A stretch of DNA of 64,000 bases from Octopus vulgaris (Eukaryota). Positions 38,334 to 52,627 of this stretch are shown piece by piece. Positions within the stretch are counted from its first letter, which is position 1; each line of letters starts with the position of its first letter. The DNA is taken from positions 5,704,001 through 5,768,000 of the forward strand of contig OX597824.1 in assembly GCA_951406725.2 (NCBI GenBank). The letters run 5' to 3'. The notes beneath the pieces are model-generated. The model was not told the DNA's origin. It saw only the letters and a list, made by a program, of their open reading frames with translations, and made no database searches. Both the position numbers and the translations under genes were made by a program.

Positions 38334-39819
38334 GTATGTATGTATGTATGTATGTATGTATGTATGTATGTATGTATGTATATCAGTCAACTTTCGATAC
38401 TCTGCATTAGATAAAATGAAGAACCTATCAAATACTGGAGACGCGGTCTGAATTCCAAGACTTGTAACTTAGAAAGAAGCTATTAATTATAGGAGAATTA
38501 TAAATGAGGATTCAAGCTTCGTCCAATATTTCACTTTCCCTGTAGGTTTACTAAATTGAATAAATGTTATAAATACGAGGAATCACTCCGGAATATACAA
38601 TTATACAATGCGTTTGCTATACTCCAAACGTTAATACCTAAGAAATTGGGCTTTTGTGATTTAGACGCTAGTCTTAGCCAATAAATAATTACAGCAAAAT
38701 TGGTAGAGATTTCAAGAATATAAGCTTGTGCTTGATAAACTATAGATGGAATCCGGTGCATCAAGGTAGATTTTAATCACTTTAGCAGATAAACGGATGC
38801 CAACAATATCGCATGGTTATTTCGTAGACCAACCGAAATAGAATGTGTAGAGTAATACTAATGTCAGTAAGGCTTAGATTGCCATTATCCATTGCCTAGA
38901 ATTACGTCTTTAAAGCACGTTCTATCATTCAAACCAGATAAGGAAACAGCAAAATACGCTAGGTACGTTATTGTCTCTTTGATGCTACCAAATGTTACGA
39001 CAGCATTTTTAAATATGTCGCATCAGCCGACTGTAACGTCTGGAAGAGACGTAAATGAAGATACACTACATCCATTTTATTAGTATATTCCTACACTGAT
39101 TCCCAATATATTCAAAAACTACCAATCATATCTCTTGTAAATACCAACTAATATTTCATTATTATACATTCTGCATATTGTTACGTCTAACATATCTTGA
39201 AGCTCGCATTTTATTTTAAAATTCCCGAATCAAATCCAAGATTTTAAGATGTTTTATTTGAAACTTTTCATGCTTTAGTAGTTGCTGATAAACCGCATCA
39301 CATTCCTGATGCATTGAATATTATATTGTCGATATTTTCATCACGACTATTATTTAGTCAACTACTTTTATCGACACAGCCATGAACCTGGCGTTTATAA
39401 TGGAATTTTCTTTGCTCTTGCTTAATAGCTATCGATTCTAGTATCTCACTTCGAGTTACATACAACTGACATTCACCAATCAATCACAAGTAATGTTTAT
39501 CTGAAAGATAAGAATCTACATTATCATATTGTTGAAGATTGCCTTGCCCTAGGGATATGATAATGTACTTCTGAATTATGCGAAAATTATACTTCAGCTG
39601 ATATCTTTATCATAGTCTATACTAACATAACAAGCGTACACATAATAACTAACATTTCAAAAGAATTGTGTTACGTTATGGTGCCGTGTATTCTGAAAAT
39701 GATAACTATGATAAAACCTACATAAAAGATATTTTCATACAAGGAGTCATGATATGTAAGTGATATAGTGTTAAGCATCTACTTCAGGAAGGGAATGGAA
39801 ACTCCCGATTCTCTATATA

Positions 39820-40146
39820 CAGGGTGGACCAAAATGATCTGACACATTTGGAGGCTTAATAAAAGCACAAAATAAGAAATAATGAAAAGAAAAAATTTAT
39901 TTTCTGTATGTACATATAATGTCATATTATTTCATTAAGTTTTAAAACTTAAATCAACAAAATATTTCCCATCATTGTCAATACACTGTTGGAGACGTTC
40001 ATGAAAGATAATCGATAACTCTATGGATCATTTCTTCTGGAATGGTTGCTATTTCTATAAAAATTGAACGTTTTAATTTATCAATAGATCGAGGGCGATG
40101 ACTGAATACTTTTGATTTTAAATATCCCCACAAGAAGAAATCACAT
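39820..40146 (-). mobile_element. Tc1/mariner-superfamily transposon 3' end
   Basis: CDFFLWGYLKSKVFSHRPRSIDKLKRSI...ERLQQCIDNDGKYF; terminus TA|cagggtggaccaaaa. Confidence 0.8.
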
Positions 40147-40164
40147 TTCACCATTCCAGTAGAA

Positions 40165-40253
40165 GTGGTTAGCAGTGCGGACTACTAACACCAAGATTCT
40201 GAGTTCGATTCCTGGCAGTGACCTGAATAATAATGATGATGATGATGATGATG

Positions 40254-40287
<34 letters not shown>
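40165..40287 (+). mobile_element. Very short tRNA-derived SINE-like element with (TAA/TGA)n tail
   Basis: gtggttagcagtgcggac...gagttcgattcctggcagtgacctgaataataatgat... Confidence 0.55.
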
Positions 40288-40289
<2 letters not shown>

Positions 40290-40876
40290 TACACGAAAAG
40301 TGATTCGCCAATCTTTAAATGCAGAATTAATACTAGTATATTAGAAACTATATCTGAAAGAAATTCCCTCACACCAGTAACATATAACGTGAAGTTTTAT
40401 ACATATAATACATTTGAAAGAAAGAGCTAGACATATATATATTAATAAATGTATAGAAAGAGATATTTGCCAAATATATCACATTAAATTAAAATGAATC
40501 ATAAATATGCAATTCAGTTTTGAAATGCTGTGAAATAATCAAATCCATGAAGTCACATTAAACATTATTAGCATCTATATATAAAACGTCAAACTCCAAA
40601 CATTAAATATTATTGGTAATCAGAGATAAAACGCCTAATAAATAGTACAACAAATATTTCTCGGAGACATATTAATTGCCAACAAAGAAACTATTCAATC
40701 AGTTAAATTAAAGCATCAAATAAAACGGAAGTACACGGTATAAGACGGACACTTCCAATTTATTGCTAGAGATAAATATGTGATATTACTGTTTATTTGT
40801 CTAAAGACTACAGCCGTCAGACGTAAGCGAGTACGGCTTAGTAACATATAGCACACGTTTGCTAAATGTTATATAA

Positions 40877-41455
40877 TCTATATATATAAAGCTGAAGTTG
40901 TCTGTGTGTGTGTGTGTGCGTGTGGCAGGTTTGGTAACCTTCAACTAACACTATCTCCTCCGGGACTCTGCGGCGCAAGTTGACCAACATTGAGAGTATG
41001 ATAGAAAAAGGCTTACTCTTCGATCCATAAAAGAAAAAATTCAAATCGGACCATGTTAACACCGACAATTATTTACATAAAATAGGTACGTTTTTTCTAT
41101 GAAAATCCTTATTTTTTACGATTTTTTGACTGCTGTGTCGCCATTTTTCGGTGTATTTCAACCAAAAAAATGTTCACTTAAAGAGAATAACGAGCTACAT
41201 AATGCAAAACTTTTACTTTTCAAAAATTCCAATTCTAAAGGGTCGATTTTTGTGATGTCATTAGTTTTGAGCGAACGACCGATCAGCTGATTCAATGCAG
41301 AGGAGAGCACATTCGGAGCAAACTCGAGCATTGCCACACCATACTTTTATTCATAGATTGAAACTATTTCAAAGCTTTGTTAACGCGACATCAACGTCTA
41401 CCGTTTTAAGCGCAACTAAAAAATAAACCCGATCAACGCCGGGCTATACTGCTAG
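40877..41455 (+). mobile_element. Non-autonomous Helitron
   Basis: A|TCtatatat 5' end; subterminal hairpin cccgatcaacgccggg; 3' CTAG|T; no TSD; internal (TG)n. Confidence 0.85.
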
Positions 41456-42169
41456 TTAAGCATAAAGTCGTTAACCGACACAGACACCTTCTTGAATATC
41501 TTTTTCCCCTCTCTCAGCAGAAAAAGCGGGATGTGGCAAATGAAGGAAGAGAATGCTACGCTTGCAATAAGATGACACACATCACCGACTGAGAGAAGTG
41601 GAGGAAAATGGAATACAATAACTTACTGAACGATACCACGCGCTGCCAAATCCAGGAATGAAATACACGACGTCACGATAATAAGGACACAACCATAAGG
41701 AACAAGTAACAGGTTGTGAGCTCTCTCGACGAATCATAAAATCGGAAGGAAAATATTCGAAATTGTATATATAATTGTGAAGTATATTTGACACCTAAAT
41801 GTGGCAGTCCCATAGGGGACGATGCTACTGTTGTTTATAGCCCGAGGAGGACATTTCCTCCAGCTGGATAACGACACGCTGTCTGTATCTGATCAATATT
41901 TGCGATGGGACATCATCGTTCCCATCTTTACCTTTTATATATATATATACATACATACATATACACTGTACTAAATAAAAATATTATATGATTATTTTAA
42001 TTAATTATTTTGCTAGCTATTGCTAGGCTACGATCTAGTAATGAATGAATGAAATAGCATATGATCTTACGAAACTGATATTGTCTTTTAATGATACATC
42101 GTTATAGTCTTATAACAGACCACCAAATTTTTTGCAGCTCGACAAATAGAATATCTTTTCGTGATCCTA

Positions 42170-42365
42170 GGACAGGCAGCTCGCAGAATCGTTGGCATGC
42201 CGGATCAAATGCCTCCGGTTCTTTGTATTCTGATTTCGTATGCGACTGAGGTCGACTTTGTCTTTAATCCATTCGGGGTCGATAAAATAAGTATGAGTTC
42301 AGCACTAAAGCCGATATAATTGACTAGCCCCTCCTCTCAAACTTGCTGGTCATATGCCAAACTTA
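42170..42365 (+). mobile_element. S4 SINE, degraded
   Basis: gaggtcgactttgtcttt...ttcggggtcgataaaataagta. Confidence 0.7.
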
Positions 42366-42859
42366 GAAGGAATATGCTTAGAGATCTTCAAACTATCTAA
42401 GTCAAAGACAAACAGGAAAGTTCGCAGCTTGTAGAAATATATTCCACAGCTAATATTTGTTATAGGATATCAAGTATTAAGAACATGGTATTATGAAGTG
42501 ATTTTACAAGCCACTCTTGTCTTTAGGCTAATACTGTTGTTTACAATAAGGTTCACGCAAACTCGACTAAAATATCACAATGTTTATTATGCTTCCTCTG
42601 TTGAGAGAGTGAGGGTCAAACTGTAACAAAGCAGATCAGCGAGGTTTTATGGTAACAACAATGGAAAGAAAAAAACTGAAATTGTCTTATTTTTTTTTTT
42701 TTATCTTCGCATACGATGCAAAATAATTGCGTGGAATCGGAAACGGTTTTTGATCTCCCGACAATAATCTATCAAATTCCATGCTCTTGTATACAGAAAT
42801 GGAAAACCAATGTACAGAGTTGGACAAAGGTCACGCATCAAAACATTGACCTTTTATTT

Positions 42860-42899
42860 TTATTATTCTTATTCTTCTTCTTCTTATTATTATTACTAA

Positions 42900-42942
<43 letters not shown>

Positions 42943-43021
42943 TATTATTGTTGTTGTTGTTTTTCTTCTTTTTCTTCCTCTTCTTCTTCTTCTTCGTCTT
43001 CTTCTTCTTCTTCTTCTTCTT

Positions 43022-43052
<31 letters not shown>

Positions 43053-43075
43053 TTATTATTATTATTATTACTATA

Positions 43076-43115
<40 letters not shown>

Positions 43116-43164
43116 TCATTATTATTGTTGTTGCTGTTGTTGTTGTTTTCTTCTTTTTCTTCTT

Positions 43165-43229
<65 letters not shown>

Positions 43230-43236
43230 TATTATT
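42860..43236. repeat. Compound (TTA)/(TTG)/(TTC) microsatellite
   Basis: Seen directly. Confidence 0.95.
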
Positions 43237-43237
43237 C

Positions 43238-43446
43238 AGTAGTCTTAATTTTATAACGTGCTTTCATTGCACTAACGAGCGCCTTAAGTATATGCCGTGG
43301 TTTGTTGTGATGCTCTGATGGTTATTGTATGGAAAGTGTTTTACGCAGGTGCCCAGTAGTGTTATTTTCTGTATGTTATATATACTTCTTAGTCCTGGTG
43401 TTTTTGTGATGTATTTGTCTGAATATTTTTTTTTATCATACCTAAG
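43238..43446 (-). mobile_element. R4/Dong-like 3' end, family B
   Basis: Reverse complement of 63675-63900 (LGMIKK...KYITKTPGL...). Confidence 0.8.
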
Positions 43447-43502
43447 TTAATTTCCAATAAACATAACAACTCCTGGAACCTTTTGATACCACCTCGTTGT
43501 AT

Positions 43503-43791
43503 ACCTCGGCGGAATTTGAAGTCAGAACGTAACGGCAGAAGTAATACCTATTTCTTTACTACCCACAAGGGGCTAAACACAGAGAGGACGAACAAGGACA
43601 GACAAACGGATTAAGTCGATTATATCGACCCCAGTGCGTAACTGGTACTTATTTAATCTGCCCCGAAAGGATGAAAGGCAAAGTCGACCTCGGCGGAATT
43701 TGAACTCAGAACGTAACGGCAAATAAAATACCGCTAAGCATTTCGCCCTGCGTGCTAACGTTTCTGCCAGCTCGCCGCCTTCATTGTATAT
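43503..43791 (-). repeat. 289-bp inverted duplicate of 44014-44302 (S4 SINE plus flank)
   Basis: One mismatch by eye; shares private variants. Confidence 0.92.
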
Positions 43792-44021
43792 CATACAAAA
43801 CAAATAGTGAAACACAAGATATACATACGTGTGTGTATGTGTGTGTGTGTATGTGTGTGTGTGTGAGTGTGTGTGTGTGTGTGAGTGTGTGTGTGAATGT
43901 GTGTGTGTGTGTGCATTGCGTCTTATGTAACATATTGTAATATGAATAAAATAATAAATGAAATGTGGGAAGTGGGCGCAAACATCCACCTTCAGAAGAG
44001 TACAGTCAGAGAAATATACAA

Positions 44022-44440
44022 TGAAGGCGGCGAGCTGGCAGAAACGTTAGCACGCAGGGCGAAATGCTTAGCGGTATTTTATTTGCCGTTACGTTCTGAG
44101 TTCAAATTCCGCCGAGGTCGACTTTGCCTTTCATCCTTTCGGGGCAGATTAAATAAGTACCAGTTACGCACTGGGGTCGATATAATCGACTTAATCCGTT
44201 TGTCTGTCCTTGTTCGTCCTCTCTGTGTTTAGCCCCTTGTGGGTAGTAAAGAAATAGGTATTACGTCTGCCGTTACGTTCTGACTTCAAATTCCGCCGAG
44301 GTCGACTTTGCCTTACATCCTTTCGGGATCGATAAATTAAATACCAGTTACACACTGGGGTCGATTTAATCGACTTAATCCCTTTATTTGTCCGTGTTTG
44401 TCTCTTCTATGTTTAGCCCCTTGTGGGCAATAAAGAAATA
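44022..44440 (+). mobile_element. S4 SINE with duplicated body and 12-bp TSD
   Basis: TSD agaaatatacaa at 44010-44021 and 44441-44452. Confidence 0.92.
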
Positions 44441-44564
44441 AGAAATATACAACTATACAGATCCTGCCATTCGGATAGCCGGATGACCAGTGACTCCGTT
44501 TCAGTCCGACGCTTGTGCTACAGCAGTTTCCCCAAAATAATATATTCTTTTATCTTTATTGATA

Positions 44565-44870
44565 TTTTTGTTTCAGTAAATGTATGGCCAGTATGATGGC
44601 GCATCACCAGCTTCAACGATTTTAGCCCAACATATCGACCTTAGAATGTATGTTTTAAGCATGGTACTTATTGGATCAGTCTATTTTGTAGAACCACTAG
44701 CTTACAGGGACATAAACAAATTAACACCGGTTGTGAAGCAACTCTAAATCACATACACACAAACACACACATATGATGGACTTCATTCAGTTTCCGTTCA
44801 CTAAATCCAGTGATAAGACTTTGGTCGGCCCAAGGTGCCATATAGTGATACTGAACCCGAAGCCACTTTT
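44565..44870 (-). mobile_element. S1 SINE, old degraded copy
   Basis: tgtttcagt...acaccggttgt...cagtttccg...ttggtcggccc...ctgaacccgaa. Confidence 0.65.
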
Positions 44871-47800
44871 TATAAGTCCATAAATAGCGGTCGCTTTTTT
44901 ACTGTTCAGAGTGTTGGATAAAATATCTGGTGAAAGATATTTACTTTGGCAATTTTTAAGAAGAACCTATGCTTGTTAAATAATATAATTCTGATATAAC
45001 TCTGACACTGCTTGAAGCCAAAATGGGACACGTTAATCTTTTCAGTTTCAAATTATCATTAAGTTTGCAATTCGAGATAGTAATATTGATTAATGTATTT
45101 ATCTCAGTCGATATAAAAAAAAAATATCATTAAAAGATGTAGAGAAACTTTCAAAGAAGCAGAAAAACTTTGAATATTTGAAGACCTACAAAAAGCAGTC
45201 AATAAAAATATATGCGCCAGAGACTAATAGTGTTTCGCTTATGATTGGAATCCTCTGCACAAACATCATATAAACAGCGCTGTCTATATACGATGTTGAT
45301 TATATTGGTTAAGTTTGATTTATAATTGTTACTTATATTTATCAACCCTTCACACATCGGAAATATTTGATCATTTATAAACTTTTTGCTTGGCTATCAA
45401 AAGTGTCATAATATTTTGTGTATTCACGATATGGCGGCAGGTTAAATAGTGTCCACATAAAACAGCAGTCATGAAATTTGACTGGTAACTTTAATACCGT
45501 GACTATATTGTGAACTAACTTCTCTCATGGAAATTTATCTTTTTCATTGGTTCAGAGGTTTGTTTAGTCTATGAAAGAAATTGTCCACTGGCCAATAAAA
45601 ATCGAGTGTCACCAATCCAGTTAGCGTTAGGCTTTGAGAAATATCAGGAATATAAAAGAGAAAAACAAAGAAATACACGGAGACTATAAGAGCAATGAGT
45701 AAACTACCAATCTAACCATAAAAGAAATGTCAAATACAAACTGGAAATGGATATAAATTCCTGACGAAAATTGAATTGTTATAGCCCAGTCTCTGTAATC
45801 TGGTTGTCTGCTGAACTTCGCAAGTAACAAATTCTTCTTAGGTAACATTTATTTCTTCTTACAATAGACAGCAAAATTATGCAATACTTTGGTGGTGAAG
45901 AATGGAATAATATTTCTCAAACAATATTGTGACACACACATATGTTACTGGTATCAAATTTTCGTTGAGTGGATCAATAATCATATTATATTACTAATGG
46001 TACATCTTTTATACAAGTGATAGAAAATGTGGTTCATTTCCAGAGAAGGTCCGGCGACTGATCTTCATATCACAACTAATGGACACACTCCAATCTCTGG
46101 CCAACATATGTACTAGCTTCTTTTTTCTCTCTCTCTCTCTCTCTCTTTCTTCTATCACTTCTGTAATTGATTATCCTAGTCGAATCTGACTACACTGGTA
46201 CCTCCACCTCTGAGACACACAATCCACTTCTCTCTCTTTACCTCTCGTGACAGTTTTTGAGCCCAGCTTTGTTCAGTTTTAGATATTACGTATATTCCAT
46301 ATTCCCCAGAAATTCGTCCTACATAATCTCCTCCCTGCTCAAGTAATTCCTGCAGGTGTTTGCAAAATGTTTAAATGGATCATTAACGACAATAATCGCA
46401 CCAGTCTTGGAGGATTATCATGAGTCATGGACACATCAAGTAAAAAAATGTATTGTTTACCATATCATATCTTCCATTACATGGTTGTCGCTCTTGCCAT
46501 TATTGATGAAGGCCAGTCATTATGAAATTTCTTCTCCTGACATTCTGCAGTAATTTTAAACAATTTATATATCATGGATCATACATTATGGGAGCTCAGA
46601 CTTGGAACAATATCCTTCAGTCATTCATATACAAATAGGATTATGGTTGTGAAACATAACGTGTCTTCAATGGCACAACTATGCAGAGTGGACTATAATA
46701 ACTGTTATAATTTAATTATTCATCGTCTGATATAATAATGTTTCGGAATATAAAAATCCCTTCTTCAGATATTGCTAGGAATTGATCAAGTCACTGCTAT
46801 AATCGGTTTCCCAAAGGATTGTGGTTATTTTCAAAGACCCACACTCACAGCATCACTGGAAGTTTAGATTCTGTCTTATCTGGTTAGCTCCAGGTTTCTC
46901 ACATGCATACATTCACGCATACACGCAAAAGATGTACACTGACTCGCAATAAATAACGGTTAGGCACAAAGCAAGTAATTTTGAGGAGGAGGTCATCGAT
47001 CACAACACTTGACATGTAATCTTTTATCTGATTTTCGAAAGGATGGAAATCAATTATGAAATTGACGGCCCTTCAACGTAAAGAGCCGCAAAAATATCGA
47101 AACACATTTCTCCAACGCTCCTAAAATTCTGCCAGCTTGACGCCTTTCTTGAAGTAAATAATAATGATATTGGTATGGCATCGGTTCACATGCAGTATGG
47201 ACGTCTACCTGTACTGCCAGTGTGTATGGCACTTAGTGTTCTGACATTATTCATCTTCCAATATATAGGCCTAGATTACAAAAGCGAAAATCACTTTCTC
47301 TTTCGCTACGGTCTTCTCTTTCTTTCTCCTCCTACTCCGTCTAATTTCTCCATTATTCTCTTTCTTTTGTCACCGTTTTTTTTTCATTCTACTTTCACTA
47401 TGCCTCTAATTCCCTGTCTCTTTTCTTTATTTTCGATCTCTTTATTTCTCGCTTACTCTAAGTTTTATTTCTTTACTGTTTTGTAATTCTTCCCCTCTTC
47501 TGATATTTATACAGACATTTTACATATTATTATTGTCTGAATCTGAAACATGTACCAGCGTATCCTTGCAAATAGACTCTCGTATTCCACTCAACATTTC
47601 ACGCAAATTGTATTCTCGCAACGTTATTTAAAAATTCTTTGATTCAATAATTTGTCGAATGTAAGTTTCACTCACTTATGAATAACGTTTACTGGTATAA
47701 TTATCAAGCCACAGACAGTGTCTGACCGTGGTCGTTCATTCTTATAGAAATAACAGCTAAGTTTCCCGCGTCTCTCATGCGTCATGCTGTTTTGTGATCG

Positions 47801-47958
47801 AACAAAAACAACTCTCGCGGTATTATGAAATTCTGGGTGTATAGTGGTGAAAAACACAAGAGTCACAGCTGCAATAATTTTCCCGGGAGTTCAGCTTGAT
47901 TAAAGATTACACGGAATTAAACACCAACCACGTCGTATATGAATATAGCATAAATATA

Positions 47959-48470
47959 CAGTCGTTCTCAAAATTATCCATACATTTGTTAATTTTTGTG
48001 GTAAAATCAATGTATTTTGCCGAGTTTGTTTATGAGTTACATATGACCAACAAGTGAAAGAATAACAGCAATACACAGTCCAAGAAGTTCTTCATTTCAG
48101 GGGTATTTTATTCATGGATTTTCAAAAGATGCTATGTTCAAAATTATTAATACCCTAGGTTTACTGAGTCCAATATATTTCTTTAATAGTTAATAGCATG
48201 GCCTTTGTTTTTATAACTTCTTCTAGACGATTCTTTCTCTGTGTCCACAAGCTTCTTGCATGTCTCATGTGGGATGATGGCCCACTCTTCTTTGGAGAAA
48301 GCTGCGAGCTGGGTCAAGTATAAAGGGAGGAAAAGTGTTCTGGCCGAAGTACACTGTGTCCAACTTCAAGCATGCTGGTGGAAACATAATGTTATGGGGA
48401 TGCTTCTCTTCCAGAGGCAAAAGGAACCTTGTCAGAGTCCGAGGAATCATGAGAAAGGATCTTTGATGAA
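47959..48470. mobile_element. Tc1-type remnant with internal inversion
   Basis: TA|cagtcgttctcaaaattat terminus with a repeated tcaaaattat motif; minus strand EEWAIIPHETCKKLV..RLEEVIKTK abuts plus strand KHAGGNIMLWGCFSSRG. Confidence 0.7.
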
Positions 48471-49099
48471 AACGTGAAGGAATCCGCTGAGAATTTTGTC
48501 GTGTATCTGAATCAATTTGGATGAAAATAAATATTTTTGACAGTACACGCGAAGAATGATACTGTACTTGGGTGTCTATTTGAAACATAGCAGTGTATTT
48601 CAACAGTTCAACGAATTACAATTTTACTTAATCGTCTTCAAGTTGTCAACGCTTTAAAGTTCTCTCAAGAGCAAATACTGTGGAATTATTAGCATCACCG
48701 TGGAATCAATTGAAAGAACATCAATGAATATTTCACAAAGTAAATATAATTACAGTTTATATATTTACAATAATATGAATATATTACCTGTTTATTGGCT
48801 AATTGCTAATCATAATATGAAAATATTAATTCACTGAATTAACAAACCAGAGGAGTGTATGAGTACCAGTATGACGTAATGGTTTTATTCGTTTGGTGGT
48901 ATAGGAACACCGCCTGATAGGTTTGAATTGAGTGTATCAGCTCTTACACTTATGTTTAATATTTTATTGCCCTATATGCCGAAGGGATATGTTACCTGAC
49001 ATAAATGAATCCTCGCACACAGACATAGAGAAAATCATAAATGCACAGACATATCTGCACTTAGGCGAGTGTGTGAGTGTATGTGTTTATGTGTTTGTG

Positions 49100-49156
<57 letters not shown>

Positions 49157-49159
49157 CTC

Positions 49160-49400
49160 ATCGAGGCACTTCATCGGTTATGACAGAGCAACCTGCTCGT
49201 GAAATTAGCGTGCAAGTGGCTGAGCACTCCACAGTGGGAGAAAGTTGTGCTGAGAGGGTACAGCAAGGTCGCCACCACCCTCTGCCGGGACCTCGTGGAG
49301 CATTAGGTGTCTTCGCTCAATAAACATTCACAACGCCCAGTCTGGGAATCGAAACCGCGATCCTACGACCGCGAGTCCACGGTTCTAAATACTGGGCCAC
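49160..49400 (-). mobile_element. S2-related SINE
   Basis: Reverse complement tggcccagta...gtggactcgcggtcgtaggatcgcggtttcgattcccagactgggcgttgtg. Confidence 0.8.
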
Positions 49401-50582
49401 ATATATATTCTTGGCGGAATCAGGTCGGGCGTGTGAAAGTTCCTTTCTTTAAAGCCACTGGCGGTTAGGTTTTCGTTGCCTTACAGTGCCGTAATGTTGC
49501 AAAAGAATTGTCTGTTAATAGCCTTCATTATTTTCCTGAATACGCAGTTTGACCTAATCTAGAATCATGTGGTTGTAATTCAAATTACTTGACTATGCAG
49601 CCGTGCTAGAGTTGTTTATGAATGAATACTTTTTAAACTTTCTGTGACCAAAGTAACTGAATATTTAATTTTAATTGTGCATCATTCATGGATGTAACCC
49701 TCTTCAGTCATAACTTACATGACCAACCATCTAAATTATACAAAGATGAAAAGGACAATGATAGACATAAAATTTGGGTATATTAACGGTATGGTCTCAT
49801 TTGAGTATAAATCTTGATCTGGGCTAACCTAGGGTTAACGAGCAATAACAAGAAACAGCTTGTGTTAATGCTCTACTTTCAATTCCATGCGAATTAAATT
49901 TTATAATATAATAACGTAGGCAGATGTGCTTCGCTCTGATGTTTAATATTGAACATCTAAATCCAATAGAGAACAACCTTTGGGTTTTTCTCCTGTGAAG
50001 AAAACATAATTAGGAAATGCATGGCGAAAGAGATCAAAGGAATTATCTGTATGATAATAGTGTTATTTGAAGAAGAAATTTAAATTAATAAAGTTATATA
50101 GAAGGAGAATTATTTTGTTTACAATATATCATGCTTTGAACAGATAAGAAAATCCTTTTTAGAGTATATCACTTAGTATATCACAGGAGGGGCATTAACC
50201 ATTATTAGATTAGCTATTAACGAAAGAATTTATTTTCGACCTTTAAAACGCCTTGAACGAAATGAAGTGTATCGAACTTAAAGAAAATAGAAATTATAAT
50301 ATAACGTACAATGTTATTGCGAGTCAATGAGGAGGTGGCAATGTTAACATGGCAATTCGGCCGGCTAGAAATAACGTCAAATCTCGATTATAACACATTC
50401 TATCGTCGTCAAAAATCAGGAGCGTCACGGGGAATATTTTAGTAAACCTTACTCTACGCCTATTGCTAAAACACAGCAAAATAATGTAATAATTGAGACG
50501 AGAATGTGTGGCTTAATAATTACTACTAGTAAATATCATTTTTGTACATATAAGTAGAGAACTTTGATTAGATATCGTATAT

Positions 50583-50672
<90 letters not shown>

Positions 50673-50826
50673 AATGGATGAATGAATTATCCTTTGTTTA
50701 CTGTTAACATGGAAAATTCAATAAACAGTTACCAGGGTAGCAAAATTCACGCAAGTAACACGGATGAAGCGACCTATTCAAAGGTAGAAACTCCGGGTTA
50801 ATGTGCAGTAATTTGTGTATTATTTA

Positions 50827-50888
<62 letters not shown>

Positions 50889-51110
50889 GAAGGATTAATT
50901 GCAACAAGTTGGTCAAAACCGAAAATATTAGAAATAGCAGCCATATAGGTCACTATTACTACTACTAGAAAAAATAAGGCTCCACAAACAAACAGAATTT
51001 GTAACCCGTATATGGTAAAGAGGAAGAAGACAACGAAATCCGAGCCTATTGGATTACTATGGACGAATTCGTTTCTGGATTAGAATCGAAAGTTCATTTC
51101 CTTGTCAATA

Positions 51111-51169
<59 letters not shown>

Positions 51170-51229
51170 ATGTATATATATATATATACATATATATATA
51201 TGTCTGTGTGTGTGTATGCATGCATTCAC

Positions 51230-51260
<31 letters not shown>

Positions 51261-51364
51261 TGTATGTATGTATGTATGTATGTATGTATGTATGTATGTA
51301 TGTATGAATGAATGTATGTATATGTTGCTGTCTTTTCAGGAATATAGTTTTACTAGAAGCCCGA

Positions 51365-52417
51365 ATGGTGGGAGAAAATGGAGAGAAATATCAGGTGTGT
51401 CAGTTGTTTGCCGATGATACATTGCTGCTGGCGGATTCCGAAGAACAACTGAGGAGACTGAGAGGAGGAAGCTGAAAGTGAATATAGCTAAAGGCAAGGT
51501 GATAAGATGTTCGGAAGATGGAATGGCTGGTAGGATGGATGTGAGTATAAATGGTGAGGTGCTAGAAGAGGTGAGTTGTTTTAAGTATCTGGGATCACAT
51601 GGGACGGTGGATGGTGATGGGTTAGCTGAGTAGGCGAGCTAGCAGAATCGTTAGCACGTCGGGCGAAATGCTTAGCGGTATTTCGTCTGCTGTTACATTC
51701 TGAGTTCAAATTCCGCCGAGGTCGACTTTACCTTTCATCCTTTCGGGGTCGATAAATTAAGTACCAGTTACGCACTGGGGTCGATGTAATCGACTTAATA
51801 CCTATGTCTGTCCTTGTTTGTCCCCTCTACGTTTAGCCCCTTGTGGGTAATAAAGAAATAGGTTAGCTGAGTAAGTGGGATATAGAGTGAGAGAGGGAGG
51901 TAATATAGAGTGAGAGAGTGAGAGTTGTGAAATGTATGCTGTGAGACAAAAGGTTGAGTATTGAAAGCGAAAAGACGAGTGTATTAAAATTTTATCTTTA
52001 GCTGCAATATATTAAATAAAAATGTTCTTGTTCTGTACTTCATAAGATGTAATAACCTGTCCTGCACTTTTCCGAGTGTAACAACTTGTCCTGTACATTT
52101 CTAGGTATGTACCCTTAAGAATATCATTTCACTAGCTCGAAGTTTCCATGTAATAAATGATAGAAATGCGTGGAGAGTGTTTGCCGACGGATGAGTGAAT
52201 TTGATGTTGCTCAAAGGGGTACGGAACGAGCACGATGCGGTGGGAGTAAACCAGCATATGCTGCGGGTCCCTACTGCTGATATTAGGGGTGGGTTTCGCT
52301 CTATGCCTGACCCGAGCATAGAACGGGACTCGCCCCTTTGACCTGAGAAATGAAAGGAATGCATGGTGTGTGTCTTGTAGGGGCTACCCCTCCTCAAAAA
52401 TTGAGAATTGGCCTAGG
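51365..52417 (+). mobile_element. RTE-like LINE remnant (RT FADD region to putative 3'UTR), interrupted by a SINE
   Basis: CQLFADDTLLLADSEEQLRRL..KLKVNIAKGKV...EEVSCFKYLGS; later DRNAWR; joining of the 3' part is inference. Confidence 0.75.
51633..51860 (+). mobile_element. S4 SINE with 13-bp TSD
   Basis: TSD ggttagctgagta at 51620-51632 and 51861-51873. Confidence 0.93.
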
Positions 52418-52479
<62 letters not shown>

Positions 52480-52580
52480 TACGTATGTGTGCATGTGTGT
52501 ATGTATTCTAGAAATTAGAAATCAAGCAGAGACGCATTCGCTTAGACATGCACGCACAAACACACACACGCACGGAGACA

Positions 52581-52627
<47 letters not shown>

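Noticed and set aside
41518-41592. RECYACNKMTHITD* zinc-knuckle-like peptide
   Set aside because: Wrong spacing, stop at the last Cys position, no gag context
43573-44232. Two ORFs sharing EGGELAETLARRAKC...
   Set aside because: Chance translation of the S4 SINE in the inverted duplication
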